Below, piece after piece: positions 9,783-19,573 of a stretch of DNA of 64,000 bases. The stretch is from positions 63,484-127,483 of the forward strand of contig CAJPIO010000001.1 of NCBI GenBank assembly GCA_905365145.1, read 5' to 3'. The position numbers were made by a program, and so were the translations under genes. The DNA is from Candidatus Saccharimonadota bacterium (GTDB lineage: Bacteria; Patescibacteriota; Saccharimonadia; Saccharimonadales; Saccharimonadaceae). A model generated the notes under the pieces. The model was not told the DNA's origin. It searched no databases and was given only the letters and a program-made list of their open reading frames with translations. Numbering within the stretch: position 1 is the stretch's first letter; every line of letters begins with the position of its first letter.

Positions 9783-10760
9783 GTGATGTTTGATAAAACT
9801 ATTGACGCTATCAATAACGCGCAGAAAATTGTTGTAGTCCAAGCGGAAAATCCTGACGGTGATAGTATCGGCAGCAGCTTAGCCTTGGAAGAAATTTTGA
9901 GTGACCTCGGCAAAAATGTTCAGCTGCACTGTCCAGTTGATACACCGAAATACTTACATTACATTCACGGTTGGGATCGAATAACTAGCGATTTTGACAC
10001 GAATGCCGACTTAGCAATTATCGTTGATACTAATGCCGAACTATTAATCAGTAAAAGTTTAAGTATGCCAGGTGTGCGTCATTTTCTTGAGACGCATCCC
10101 GTTGTGGTGTTGGATCATCACGCAACTGATTCAACGCTGACTTTTGATGCTACTTATGTCAACCAGCCGGTAGTTGCAGCTGGCGAACTGATTTACAATC
10201 TAGCGCATACTGCTGGCTGGGTAATTAATCCGCAAGCTGCAGAAAATATGCTGATTGCTATCATGAGCGATAGCCTGGGCTTAACAACGCAAAATACCAC
10301 AGCCGACTCGTTTCGTGTCGCTGGCGAATTAACTGCGCTCGGTGCTAGCAACTCAGCTATTGAAGAACGACGCCGCGAATTTATGAAAAAGTCGCCAGAG
10401 ATTTTGGCATATAAAGGCCGCTTGATTGAACGTATCGAATATTTGCTCGATGGTAAATTAGCTATAATTCATATCCCGTGGGAAGAAATCCAGAAATATA
10501 GCGATCAGTATAATCCGAGCGTTCTAGTGCTTGACGAAATGCGTTTAGTTGAGGGGGTTGAAGTGGCTTGCGCTATCAAAACTTACCCTGACGGTAAATT
10601 AACCGGGAAATTACGCAGTAATATGCCAGTGTCAGAGCAGATAGCTGGATATTTCGGCGGCGGCGGACACGCTTATGCTGCAGGTTTTCGCGTGTATGAC
10701 GATTATGCAGTGATTGTGCGCGAACTAGTTGAGGCTGCGGATAAGTCTTTACGCGGGTAA
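9783..10760 (+). CDS. nrnA: DHH family phosphoesterase (NrnA-like)
   Basis: NPDGDSIGS, IVDT, LDHH and GGGGH motifs. Confidence 0.85.
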   Translation: MMFDKTIDAINNAQKIVVVQAENPDGDSIGSSLALEEILSDLGKNVQLHCPVDTPKYLHYIHGWDRITSDFDTNADLAIIVDTNAELLISKSLSMPGVRHFLETHPVVVLDHHATDSTLTFDATYVNQPVVAAGELIYNLAHTAGWVINPQAAENMLIAIMSDSLGLTTQNTTADSFRVAGELTALGASNSAIEERRREFMKKSPEILAYKGRLIERIEYLLDGKLAIIHIPWEEIQKYSDQYNPSVLVLDEMRLVEGVEVACAIKTYPDGKLTGKLRSNMPVSEQIAGYFGGGGHAYAAGFRVYDDYAVIVRELVEAADKSLRG

Positions 10761-10778
10761 TTTGTCTGTTCTAAGTTA

Positions 10779-10807
10779 AAAAACCGCTAGCGTATGTAGC
10801 GGTTTTT
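10779..10807. terminator. Bidirectional intrinsic terminator
   Basis: AAAAACCGCTA..TAGCGGTTTTT inverted repeat between convergent genes. Confidence 0.75.
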
Positions 10808-10830
10808 CTAATTCTACTAGTTATAATTAT

Positions 10831-11709
10831 TTAGTAGATGAATTGTCCGAATGTGCCTGGTCTTACTGTACGTTTGTTGTAATTGCCAGCGCGGTAATTC
10901 CAACCCATTTCTGAAACAGTATAGCTGCCATCGCTATTAACCGACTCGACGTAAGCAACATGGCCGTTTGTCACCGCGACAGCTCCAGCGCGCGGGGCGC
11001 TACCAGTTGATTTACCGGCAGCTTGAGCGCTGGAAATCCAACCATAACCAGCATTGCCGTATACAGCGACGTCTGGGCGGCGGCTGTGAACGTAATCGGT
11101 ACACCACATGCCGTTGCCGACGTAGTAGCTTGATGAATTAATCGGCTTTGAGCTATACGATCTCGTAGTAACTGTAGAAGTCCGAGCTGATGGCGCCGCT
11201 GCGTTAGAGCTGGCGGCTGCTTGTTGCGCTGCAACGATAGCTGACGATCGGTCTGGCAAGACCTCTTCTGCGCTAGGAATTCGCAGCTTCTGCCCTATGT
11301 CAATAGTATTTGGGTTACTAAGCGACTCGTTGGCGTCAAAGATACGCGTCCAGGTTGTATTGTATTTTTCGGCAATTGACGCCAAGCTATCGCCTGCGGC
11401 TACTATCGCGTAGGTTGATTGTTCGATTGATTTTGTCTCGTTAGATTTGCCCTTTGGCGTAGACGCTGGTTTTTTGGTTTTATCGTCATCAACTCCGCTG
11501 GTTTGCTTTTCGTCCGCTTTTGCTAGCAAAGCTTTCTTGTTTTGGGTAGCTAGCAGCGGTGTCCCCCTTGCGATTGTTAATTTATTTTTATTTTGCTGTG
11601 CGAGTAGTAGCGAGCGGCCCGTACTCGTTTCGGCGTAGGCTGGGTGCGTTGCTATTAAGCATATTGCACCAGCGGCGCCGATTGTCGTCAAGACCCCGTA
11701 TAAACGCAT
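10831..11709 (-). CDS. LysM and CHAP domain peptidoglycan hydrolase
   Basis: Signal peptide; LysM GDSLASIAEKY..NTIDIGQKLRIP; CHAP WCTDYV, GHVAYVE and VSEMGW. Confidence 0.92.
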   Translation of the reverse strand: MRLYGVLTTIGAAGAICLIATHPAYAETSTGRSLLLAQQNKNKLTIARGTPLLATQNKKALLAKADEKQTSGVDDDKTKKPASTPKGKSNETKSIEQSTYAIVAAGDSLASIAEKYNTTWTRIFDANESLSNPNTIDIGQKLRIPSAEEVLPDRSSAIVAAQQAAASSNAAAPSARTSTVTTRSYSSKPINSSSYYVGNGMWCTDYVHSRRPDVAVYGNAGYGWISSAQAAGKSTGSAPRAGAVAVTNGHVAYVESVNSDGSYTVSEMGWNYRAGNYNKRTVRPGTFGQFIY

Positions 11710-11944
11710 AATTATCTCCTTGGTTAAATACCCCCACGGATAGGCTAAACTTCAAATACTCGTGGATTTATGTCCTGGCTTATTATTGTTTTAATCGTAA
11801 TTTTCACAGGACATGAGACCAATCATAGCAAAACGTAGTATTTTGGTCAATAATTTTATAGTGGTAATGCTACACTACCTCTGGAAAATTAGGTGGACTT
11901 TCTAGTTATTTTTTGGTATAATCTTAGACGTTTTATTAAATCAA

Positions 11945-11975
11945 TGTTGGGAGACGTCAAGTCGCTTGTACCACA
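11945..11975 (+). promoter_or_regulatory. Putative L1 autoregulatory site upstream of rplA
   Basis: TGTTGGGAG-ACGTCAAGTCGCTTGT-ACCACA just before the SD-like AGAAAGGA; resembles the GTGGGAG...ACCAC L1-binding element. Confidence 0.6.
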
Positions 11976-11993
11976 GAAAGGATTAAATATCTG

Positions 11994-12965
11994 ATGGCTA
12001 AAAAAGCCGAACTATTAGAAAAAGCTGCCGAGCTCAAGCTTGACGTCAGCGAAAAAAATACTATAGCCGAGATTGAAGCGGCCATCGCTGCCGCTGAAAA
12101 GCACTCAGTCCGCGAAGCTACAATTGCCAAAGCTGGTAAGCGCAGCGCCAAAGCTATCGAAGAGGCTGAAGCCAAAGCTGAAAAAGAAGCTCGCAAAGAA
12201 GCTGGCGACACTACACCGCAGGGCGACGCCGAAGCGGCTATCAAAAAAGGCCCAGCGCCAAAGGTTCGTCCGTTGATTGAACGCCGCGGCAAAGCTTACC
12301 GCCAGGCTGCCGAAAAAGTTGAAAAAGACAAAGCTTACACGCTTGCCGATGCTATCAAACTTGCTACCGAAACCAATCCGAGCAAATTTGACGCTAGCGT
12401 TGAAGTTCACGTTCGTTTAGGCGTCGATCCGCGTCAAGCCGACCAAAATATTCGTTCGACCGTAGTCCTGCCTCACGGTACCGGCAAGACTGTTCGGGTA
12501 GCCGTTTTCGCAGCTGATACTGATGCCGACAAAGCCAAAAAAGCTGGTGCCGATCTGGCTGGTGATGAAGCTATCGTCAAACTTCTTGACAAGGGTACGC
12601 TTGATTTTGACGTCTTAATCGCTACGCCGGCCTACATGCCAAAGCTCGGTAAGTACGCTCGTTTGCTCGGCCCGAAAGGCTTGATGCCGAACCCGAAGAG
12701 CGGTACTGTCTCGACCGACGTCGCCAAAGCTACCGAAGAAGCCAAAGCTGGCAAGGTAGAATATCGTGTCGACAAGCAGGCTGCTATCCATTTAAGTGTT
12801 GGTAAAGTTAGCTTCGGTGCTGAAAAATTGCTTGAAAACGCCAATACCTTCTTTGCTAGCTTGCAGGCGCAGAAGCCATCCTCTATTAAGGGTGTTTACA
12901 TTAAATCGGTTGCCGTCGCTACTACTATGGGCCCCGGTATCAAAGTTGATTATCAAGCAAAATAA
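11994..12965 (+). CDS. rplA: 50S ribosomal protein L1 with a ~95 aa N-terminal extension
   Basis: [35 protein letters not shown] and TTMGPGIK motifs. Confidence 0.97.
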   Translation: MAKKAELLEKAAELKLDVSEKNTIAEIEAAIAAAEKHSVREATIAKAGKRSAKAIEEAEAKAEKEARKEAGDTTPQGDAEAAIKKGPAPKVRPLIERRGKAYRQAAEKVEKDKAYTLADAIKLATETNPSKFDASVEVHVRLGVDPRQADQNIRSTVVLPHGTGKTVRVAVFAADTDADKAKKAGADLAGDEAIVKLLDKGTLDFDVLIATPAYMPKLGKYARLLGPKGLMPNPKSGTVSTDVAKATEEAKAGKVEYRVDKQAAIHLSVGKVSFGAEKLLENANTFFASLQAQKPSSIKGVYIKSVAVATTMGPGIKVDYQAK

Positions 12966-12979
12966 ACTCATATAATTTC

Positions 12980-13010
12980 AGAGCGAGACCTAGCATCTCG
13001 CTCTATTTTT
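12980..13010 (+). terminator. Intrinsic terminator after rplA
   Basis: AGAGCGAGA-cctagca-TCTCGCTCT followed by ATTTTT. Confidence 0.7.
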
Positions 13011-13025
13011 AGAAGGAGGGGAGGA

Positions 13026-13844
13026 ATGAGACAATATCTTGATTTACTTGACCGTATTCTAGCAGAAGGCGTCGAAAAGAGCGACCGGACAGGTACTGGT
13101 ACGCTCAGCATCTTCGGACATATGATGCGTTTTGATTTGCGCGAAGGCTTTCCACTACTTACTACCAAAAAACTCTTTACCAAAGGTATCTTCGGCGAGT
13201 TAATTTGGTTTTTACGCGGCGATACCAACGTGCACTGGCTGCAAGAACGCGGAATTCATATCTGGGACGAGTGGGCTAACGAGAATGGTGATCTTGGTCC
13301 GGTTTACGGTGCGCAGTGGCGGGCATGGTCAGCGCCTAATGGTGAACATATTGACCAGATTGCTAACGTCATTAACCAGCTGCGCGTCAACCCAGACTCG
13401 CGGCGGCTAATCGTTACCGCTTGGAATCCTGCCGAAGTAAACAACATGGCTTTGCCGCCATGCCATATGTTATTTCAATTCTATACCACACCCGCTGATT
13501 CCAATGACTCTGATCAGCGGCGCTGGTTATCGTGCCGGCTTGATCAGCGATCGTGCGATACATTTCTGGGCGTCCCATTCAATATTGCTAGCTATGCATT
13601 ATTGACTATGATAATTGCACAGCAGGTTGATATGCGGCCGCGTGAATTTGTTTGGATGGGCGGCGATGTTCATTTGTATTTGAATCATCTCGAGCAAGCA
13701 AAACTTCAGTTGACACGCCAACCGCGTCCGTTACCAACTCTCGATATCACACCAAAACCATCAATCGATGATTATGATCTTGATGATTTCAAGTTAAAAA
13801 ACTACGATCCATGGCCAGCCATCAAAGCGCCAATTTCAGTCTAA
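13026..13844 (+). CDS. thyA: Thymidylate synthase
   Basis: [32 protein letters not shown] and [15 protein letters not shown] motifs. Confidence 0.97.
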   Translation: MRQYLDLLDRILAEGVEKSDRTGTGTLSIFGHMMRFDLREGFPLLTTKKLFTKGIFGELIWFLRGDTNVHWLQERGIHIWDEWANENGDLGPVYGAQWRAWSAPNGEHIDQIANVINQLRVNPDSRRLIVTAWNPAEVNNMALPPCHMLFQFYTTPADSNDSDQRRWLSCRLDQRSCDTFLGVPFNIASYALLTMIIAQQVDMRPREFVWMGGDVHLYLNHLEQAKLQLTRQPRPLPTLDITPKPSIDDYDLDDFKLKNYDPWPAIKAPISV

Positions 13845-13863
13845 ATATTACTGCATGGCAAGA

Positions 13864-14361
13864 CTACTTTTCATATATCGCAAATATATAAGGATAAGTG
13901 TTAGTATCATCAGCAGCATGTGATTCTTCTGATGTTTTTCGCCAAGTATCGTCAAGCTCGGGGAAAAATGTATCCGCTGGAAGCTCTGCGTCGACTTCTG
14001 TAGCGTATATTCTACTTACCACATTTGATTTGAGTGCTGTCGCGTAAACGGTTGCTCCACCAATGATGTATATTGTATCTTTGCTTGCCATTTGCAAAGC
14101 ATTTTCTAACGAGCTAGCTGTAGAGATACCGTCCAGCTTGGAATGAGTTAATACGATATTTTGGCGATTTGGTAGCGGACGGCCAATAGATTCATAAGTT
14201 TTACAGCCCATAATTACTGTACTGCCAGTGGTTAATTGGCGAAAATGCTGTAAATCTGCTGGCAAACTGCGCCCCCACGGCAGTTTGTTGTCAATGCCAA
14301 TACCGCGCCGGCGATCGTAGGCGACTACTATGCTGCACTGTTTTTTCTGATCGCGTTCCAT
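13864..14361 (-). CDS. folA: Dihydrofolate reductase
   Basis: GIGIDNKLPW, DLQHF, RPLPNRQNIV, IIGGA and DTFFP motifs. Start moved to ATG 14361 (alternative 14373) because the ORF-track start overlaps dcd. Confidence 0.92.
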   Translation of the reverse strand: MERDQKKQCSIVVAYDRRRGIGIDNKLPWGRSLPADLQHFRQLTTGSTVIMGCKTYESIGRPLPNRQNIVLTHSKLDGISTASSLENALQMASKDTIYIIGGATVYATALKSNVVSRIYATEVDAELPADTFFPELDDTWRKTSEESHAADDTNTYPYIFAIYEK

Positions 14362-14423
14362 CAACTTAATCATATCATATGCTAGTTGTGTAAGCGGTAG
14401 CGGTGAATGTATAATGAAAAGAC

Positions 14424-15182
14424 ATGAAAACAGATTCGACCGAATTATCATCGCCAACTGGCATTTATAGCGATAGAGAAATTGCAGCCGCACTAGCAGA
14501 TGGTCATATCGTTTGCGACCCAGCGCCAGCGCGTATCAATGGTAGCAGTGTTGATGTAACGCTTGGCTATTATTTTTATAGAGCTGGCAGTCAGGGGAAG
14601 GAAAGGTTATTTAATCCATTCGACGAAACTGACGTTCGGCGCTACTTTGGTGAATACAAAATTGCTAAACCGTGGCGCGAAGTTCGCTGTCGAATTACTG
14701 ATCAAGGTGTCGCTGGCATTGATAGCATCAAAGGTATTAATGACAATCATCCGGTCATCGTCTTGCGGCCAAACGAGCGAATCCTGGCTCATACTCATGA
14801 ATTTATTGGCATTCTGCCGCCAGGTACTACCAGTATGCAGGCTCGTAGTACTACTGGCCGTATTGGCATCTCGGCTTGCTACTGCGCTGGTTGGGGTGAT
14901 CCAGGCTATATTAACCGCTGGACTATGGAGGTTCATAATCTCAACGAAAATGAGTACATTGTGCTGCCAGTTGGCTATCGTATAGCGCAAATTGTCTTTA
15001 GTGCTACCGGACCAGTGGCTACCGAATATGCCAAAGCCTCTGGTAATTACCAGGCTGATGTTAGCGCTGACCTTGCTGCTGTTAAAGCTGCCTGGCGGCC
15101 GTGGATGTTATTGCCGCGAGCTTATGCTTCGCCGGTAGAATTACCGCAACCTGTCGCTGGTCTTAGCGAAGGATTACTGTAA
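14424..15182 (+). CDS. dcd: dCTP deaminase family protein
   Basis: SVDVTLG, ARSTTGRIG, AGWGDPGY..WTMEV and RIAQIVF motifs. Confidence 0.87.
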   Translation: MKTDSTELSSPTGIYSDREIAAALADGHIVCDPAPARINGSSVDVTLGYYFYRAGSQGKERLFNPFDETDVRRYFGEYKIAKPWREVRCRITDQGVAGIDSIKGINDNHPVIVLRPNERILAHTHEFIGILPPGTTSMQARSTTGRIGISACYCAGWGDPGYINRWTMEVHNLNENEYIVLPVGYRIAQIVFSATGPVATEYAKASGNYQADVSADLAAVKAAWRPWMLLPRAYASPVELPQPVAGLSEGLL

Positions 15183-15199
15183 AGGCCGGAGATTGTGTA

Positions 15200-15862
15200 A
15201 TGAGCGGTACTTATATCGTCATCGAAGGTAACGACGGTACAGGCAAATCAACCCAAGCTGAATTGCTAGCTGATTACTGCCGCCAGCAAGGCCGGGAAGT
15301 GATAATTGTAGAGGAGCCTGGCAGCGACGACCCAGGCAAAACTACGCCCATTGCTTACTATCTGCGCTCACTAATCAAAAACGGCACTCTAGTCCGTGAT
15401 CCTGAAATCAACTTAGCACTATTTAGTGCTGCTCGCCGCGAACTATGGCAACAAAAAATTGCGCCAGCCTTAAATCGCGGCGCTGTTGTCATTTCGGCGC
15501 GTAACTATATTTCAACTTTAGCTTATCAAGGTTATGGCGAGGGAGTTAATACGGATCATATTATGGCAATTACTAAACTTTTTACAGACGAACGTTACAT
15601 GAAGCCGGATTTCATTATTATTTTGACCCTTGACAACGAGAGCGAACGTAAAAAACGAATTACTAAGCGTAGCCAAAGTCTAGACACTTCAGATGCTTTC
15701 GAATCGCGTAGTAGTAATTTTCAGAAACGCATTGATGCTGCATATCGTACAATTGCTAGCGAATTGCCCTCGTCTTATGTCATAGAATGTTACGACAATG
15801 GCCATTGCAAGACAGCCGAGCAAATAAGCGTTGAAATTCAATCAATTGTTAAGCAGTTATAA
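15200..15862 (+). CDS. tmk: Thymidylate kinase
   Basis: IEGNDGTGKSTQ P-loop; LFSAARRE, STLAYQGYG and PD motifs. Confidence 0.93.
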   Translation: MSGTYIVIEGNDGTGKSTQAELLADYCRQQGREVIIVEEPGSDDPGKTTPIAYYLRSLIKNGTLVRDPEINLALFSAARRELWQQKIAPALNRGAVVISARNYISTLAYQGYGEGVNTDHIMAITKLFTDERYMKPDFIIILTLDNESERKKRITKRSQSLDTSDAFESRSSNFQKRIDAAYRTIASELPSSYVIECYDNGHCKTAEQISVEIQSIVKQL

Positions 15863-17596
15863 TTCAATTATATACAGCTCTTGCAAAAGGTGTTCAAGTT
15901 CATGGAATAACTTCTCGCCGCCTTCGTCTGATTGGCCGTTGGTTTCATAGCTATTAGGATTCAAGCGGCTCATGCGATCATGGATATCGTTGAGGACTCC
16001 TACGAATAGTTTGCGCGTTTTACGAGCTTCTTCGTCCAACTCTTGCTTTTTAGGATCGTCATCGGGCAGCTTGTAGTAGCCTTCCTTTTTGAGTTTAGTA
16101 TCAATATGTTTGTAAGCAATATGTGCAATGTCGCCAGTTCGCGATCGTTGGCGCTCATCTTTGGTTAAAAACTGAAACTCAATAGGAATGTTGATTATTT
16201 CGCCAGGTTTATACGGATGTTCTTGTCTTGCGATAAATGTTACCTTTGAAACTTCCATCTTTTTGTATCCTTTTTTTTCGATGTCCGCTTTAGTTTGTTC
16301 TTTTATGTGAATTTGCGATTTGTCTATGCCAGCTTCGGCTAAAGTTTGGGTCATAGTCTGGACGTAATTGCTAGCGCCCTGGACGTAGATGGCAGATTGT
16401 TTACTAGCTGCCTTTTGCAGTTCGACATTTGGCAGGGCAGAAAGGATTTGCACTATTTCGGTAAAGTTTTTCGCCGATGATTCCAAGTCTGGTGAGATAT
16501 CCATCATGGCAAATGGATCCATAGGCATATTGCCGTTGTCGCGATCTGATTTATCAGCAAGTGAACCGACAGATTTCACGCGGTAATTGCCAGAGGTTAG
16601 GCTGCCGCTGGGTAGTTGGGCTGCGAACTCGCCAACTACGGCAGGACATTCTCCGCTGTAATCGGGGCCGATTACAAGCGAAACATCGTATTTATCGCCA
16701 AAAATACTCTCCAATATACGTCTGACGCCGACTGTCTTTATATTAAACAACATGTCTCTTGCTTGCTTTATCGAAGCAAATTTGTTCAACTTCTCGAGGC
16801 GGATGCGTTTTGCTAGGCCTAGTAGTTTCGAGCCTAAAGCTTCTAGCCCTAATACTTCGCACAGCGGAGCATAGAACGACTCCGCTTCTAAAACATCTTG
16901 CAACAGCGCGGACTCCCGGTTGGATACTGGATGTTCCAAATTATCAATTAATTCGCAAGCTTTAATAATCACAGATTCGATATTTACAGTTTGCAAGAAA
17001 TCTTTCATGTATTCTGGGTCAATACGAGCCTCTGATACAGCCCAAGCTTCTCTTGGAACGACGCCTTCGTACCTATCGGAAATGACGCTGGCTATATCTT
17101 TGCGGCGATTATTCTCATCTGGCAAGCTTGCAGCGGTCTCGTCGGCTAATGTTTTCCGATGTCTGCCAGCTGCCACCTCAATCTCGTCGAAATCTGACAA
17201 GATATCCCGCATATAGCGTGATTTATCATGGGGGATTCTGGGGTCGGTAAAGTATTTTAACAGCGCTAGTCCGGCAGCATCGCGCGATTCTTGGCTATAT
17301 TTTCCGTCTGGGTTGCGGAATCGGGATACGATATCATGCAGCATGATCGCATCGCGCGTATCAGGCATAAGATCGCCGGCAAAAGCCTTAACTAATCCAT
17401 AAACTCTATGAGCATGCTCAATCAGATCAGGACGCTCCCGCGAGGCTGCTCTTAGGTAATTAATAGCCAGGCTGTCAACTAGATCGTCTGAATTATATTT
17501 CTCTGGATATTGTTGACTAGAAAACCCCTGCTTGTCAGCAGGGTCAAGCGTATCATATCCCCTTGTACGAACACCAGGGCTTGTCTTCGTTCTCAC
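15857..17596 (-). CDS. Highly diverged RelA/SpoT-like protein (HD plus synthetase-like regions)
   Basis: Colinear matches to the RSH N-terminal half: MLHDIV, IIKACELIDNL, FYAPLCEVLGL, RVKSVGSLADK, GYK and IEFQFLT..TGDIAHIAYK. Confidence 0.6.
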   Translation of the reverse strand: MRTKTSPGVRTRGYDTLDPADKQGFSSQQYPEKYNSDDLVDSLAINYLRAASRERPDLIEHAHRVYGLVKAFAGDLMPDTRDAIMLHDIVSRFRNPDGKYSQESRDAAGLALLKYFTDPRIPHDKSRYMRDILSDFDEIEVAAGRHRKTLADETAASLPDENNRRKDIASVISDRYEGVVPREAWAVSEARIDPEYMKDFLQTVNIESVIIKACELIDNLEHPVSNRESALLQDVLEAESFYAPLCEVLGLEALGSKLLGLAKRIRLEKLNKFASIKQARDMLFNIKTVGVRRILESIFGDKYDVSLVIGPDYSGECPAVVGEFAAQLPSGSLTSGNYRVKSVGSLADKSDRDNGNMPMDPFAMMDISPDLESSAKNFTEIVQILSALPNVELQKAASKQSAIYVQGASNYVQTMTQTLAEAGIDKSQIHIKEQTKADIEKKGYKKMEVSKVTFIARQEHPYKPGEIINIPIEFQFLTKDERQRSRTGDIAHIAYKHIDTKLKKEGYYKLPDDDPKKQELDEEARKTRKLFVGVLNDIHDRMSRLNPNSYETNGQSDEGGEKLFHELEHLLQELYIIEL

Positions 17597-17684
17597 GAAT
17601 CTCTATTGTACCAGAAACGCCTAAATATGTCAAGCATTTACTATTGTGTAATGCAGCAAAATTTGCTATAATAGATATTAGACA

Positions 17685-17785
17685 TTGCCAGAGACAGCGG
17701 CCGCAGGAGCAATTCTGCTTAATATGCCGCCGAGGGAATCAACTTTTCCTGTAATATAGTCTTTGGCGAGCGCCAAAGTTTTTTG
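17685..17785 (+). ncRNA. L10 leader (rplJ autoregulatory RNA) with attenuator hairpin
   Basis: AGAGACAGCGG..TTAA..CCGCCGAGG core, then CTTTGGCG-ag-CGCCAAAG-TTTTTT, upstream of rplJ. Confidence 0.8.
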
Positions 17786-17855
17786 TTGCTCGCCGAATGT
17801 CGCCCCTTAACAATACGATCGCATAAATATCAAATAAACCAAAGGAGTATTATCA

Positions 17856-18380
17856 ATGGCAATTTCCAAAGATAAGAAACAAGCTTTGGTTGCAGAGATG
17901 AGCGAGTTGTTTGCTAGCGCAAAAGCTATCGCCGTGGCTAAATACCAGGGCACTAGCGTAGCTGAATTGCAAGAGCTGCGCAAAGCTGCTCGCGAAAATG
18001 GCGTGGTCGTCAAAGTTGTCAAGAACCGCTTGGTGCGCGTAGCTTTTGCCGCTAGCGAGACGTTCAAAGAGACTGATACTTCTGCGCTGCAAGGCCAGCT
18101 AATTTATGCTGTTTCTAGCGACGACGAGGTGATGGCTGCTAAAGTCCTTAACGACTTTGCAAAGACTCATCCTAGCGTCGAACTAGTCGCTGGATTCAGC
18201 GGTGAAGGCCTGGCTCAGAGCGCTGCCGATGTGGTAGCTCTGGCTGGCTTGCCGAGCAAGAATCAGCTCATCGCCGAGGCTGTGGCACAACTGCTCAGTC
18301 CGGTACACGACGTTACCAACGCGCTCTCTGGCAATCTGCATGCATTGCTGGACGGCGTGGCAGACAAAGCAACCGCTTAA
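17856..18380 (+). CDS. rplJ: 50S ribosomal protein L10
   Basis: ELQELRK, VVKNRLVRVA and LPSKNQL motifs; precedes rplL. Confidence 0.95.
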   Translation: MAISKDKKQALVAEMSELFASAKAIAVAKYQGTSVAELQELRKAARENGVVVKVVKNRLVRVAFAASETFKETDTSALQGQLIYAVSSDDEVMAAKVLNDFAKTHPSVELVAGFSGEGLAQSAADVVALAGLPSKNQLIAEAVAQLLSPVHDVTNALSGNLHALLDGVADKATA

Positions 18381-18421
18381 GCAACCAATCTAATTAAAAT
18401 TTAACTACAAGGAGAATTACT

Positions 18422-18799
18422 ATGGCAGACCTAAAGAAACTTGCCGAAGAGCTGACTAAATTGACAGTTCTCGAAGTAAATGAATTAAAGAATATCCTCA
18501 AAGAAGAATACGGCATCGAGCCAGCTGCTGCCGCAGTTGCCGTTGCTGGTCCAGCTGCCGACGCTGGTGCGGCCGCCGCTGATGAAAAGACTGAATTTAC
18601 TGTCACCTTGAAAGACGCTGGCAGCCAAAAAGTCGCCGTCATCAAAGCTGTCAAGGAACTAACCGGCCTTGGTCTCGGCGAGGCGAAAGCTTTGGTTGAT
18701 AACGCGCCAAGCCCAATCAAAGAAAAAGTCAGCAAAGACGAGGCCGAAGCTGCCAAGAAAGCCTTGGAAGAGGCTGGCGCTACCGTCGAAGTCGCTTAA
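18422..18799 (+). CDS. rplL: 50S ribosomal protein L7/L12
   Basis: [16 protein letters not shown] and [20 protein letters not shown] motifs. Confidence 0.98.
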   Translation: MADLKKLAEELTKLTVLEVNELKNILKEEYGIEPAAAAVAVAGPAADAGAAAADEKTEFTVTLKDAGSQKVAVIKAVKELTGLGLGEAKALVDNAPSPIKEKVSKDEAEAAKKALEEAGATVEVA

Positions 18800-18841
18800 T
18801 CTCGAATATATTTCCAGATTCGCACGATCGTATTGTTTTAG

Positions 18842-18871
18842 AAAACGCCTCCAAAATCTGGGGGCGTTTTT
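18842..18871 (+). terminator. Intrinsic terminator after rplL
   Basis: AAAACGCCTCCA-aaatc-TGGGGGCGTTTTT. Confidence 0.75.
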
Positions 18872-18951
18872 GTATGCCTAAAACGGTCGACGATTTTTAC
18901 AACGACTTTGCGTTCATATCTGTTAAACTTGTGGAAAGATGGCCTAAAGGG

Positions 18952-18979
18952 TTGACGTGATATCCTGATGCGTTATAAT
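18952..18979 (+). promoter_or_regulatory. Sigma70-type promoter
   Basis: TTGACG-N16-TATAAT upstream of 19023. Confidence 0.6.
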
Positions 18980-19022
18980 TGGAATGATATTATAAAAACA
19001 TACAAAGGATTGCGAGACTAGT

Positions 19023-19538
19023 ATGTCAGAATTACCAGAGAAACAAGTCAAGCGGCTCAAGATGCTTATTCAAGACGCCGAGACTAATTTGGCTGCTGCC
19101 AAAGAGCTACTAATTAGCATAATGGGCGAAGACGGGCAAGTCGTGATGCCAACTAATAGCCGCGAGGATGTCTCAGGCAAAGTTATCGAGGGTGTTTTCG
19201 ACGGCCAGACGATGGTCGGTCCAGATGGCAAAAATTACCCGGTACCGGCTAATTATGCTAGCAAGTCTAAGCTAGTTGAGGGCGATATCCTCAAACTAAC
19301 TATCGCTGATGATGGCGGTTTCATTTATAAGCAAATTGGCCCGGTTGCCCGCAAGCAAGTTATCGGTACGCTTACGCAGCATGACGGCGCCTACTATGTT
19401 GAAGCGCAAGGTAAAGAGTATCGGATTTTGCTAGCGAGCGTGACCTATTTCCGTATCAATGTTGGCGATCAGGTTACTATTATTGTGCCAGAAGACAATC
19501 CTGATGCCACCTGGGCGGCAGTTGAAGCAGCTCTATAA
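19023..19538 (+). CDS. Conserved-looking hypothetical protein
   Basis: Intact ORF with a promoter; N-terminal helix then a beta-rich region (IEGVFDGQ, YPVPANYASKSKLVEGD). Confidence 0.8.
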   Translation: MSELPEKQVKRLKMLIQDAETNLAAAKELLISIMGEDGQVVMPTNSREDVSGKVIEGVFDGQTMVGPDGKNYPVPANYASKSKLVEGDILKLTIADDGGFIYKQIGPVARKQVIGTLTQHDGAYYVEAQGKEYRILLASVTYFRINVGDQVTIIVPEDNPDATWAAVEAAL

Positions 19539-19573
19539 TCTATAAGTTTGGATCATCACAAATAGGGGTATTA

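Noticed and set aside
11730..11816. c-di-AMP (ydaO) riboswitch
   Set aside because: The consensus elements were not found and the region is too short.
18929..18940. DnaA box / replication origin near dnaX-dnaB
   Set aside because: Only one two-mismatch box (TGTGGAAAG) was seen, with no cluster.
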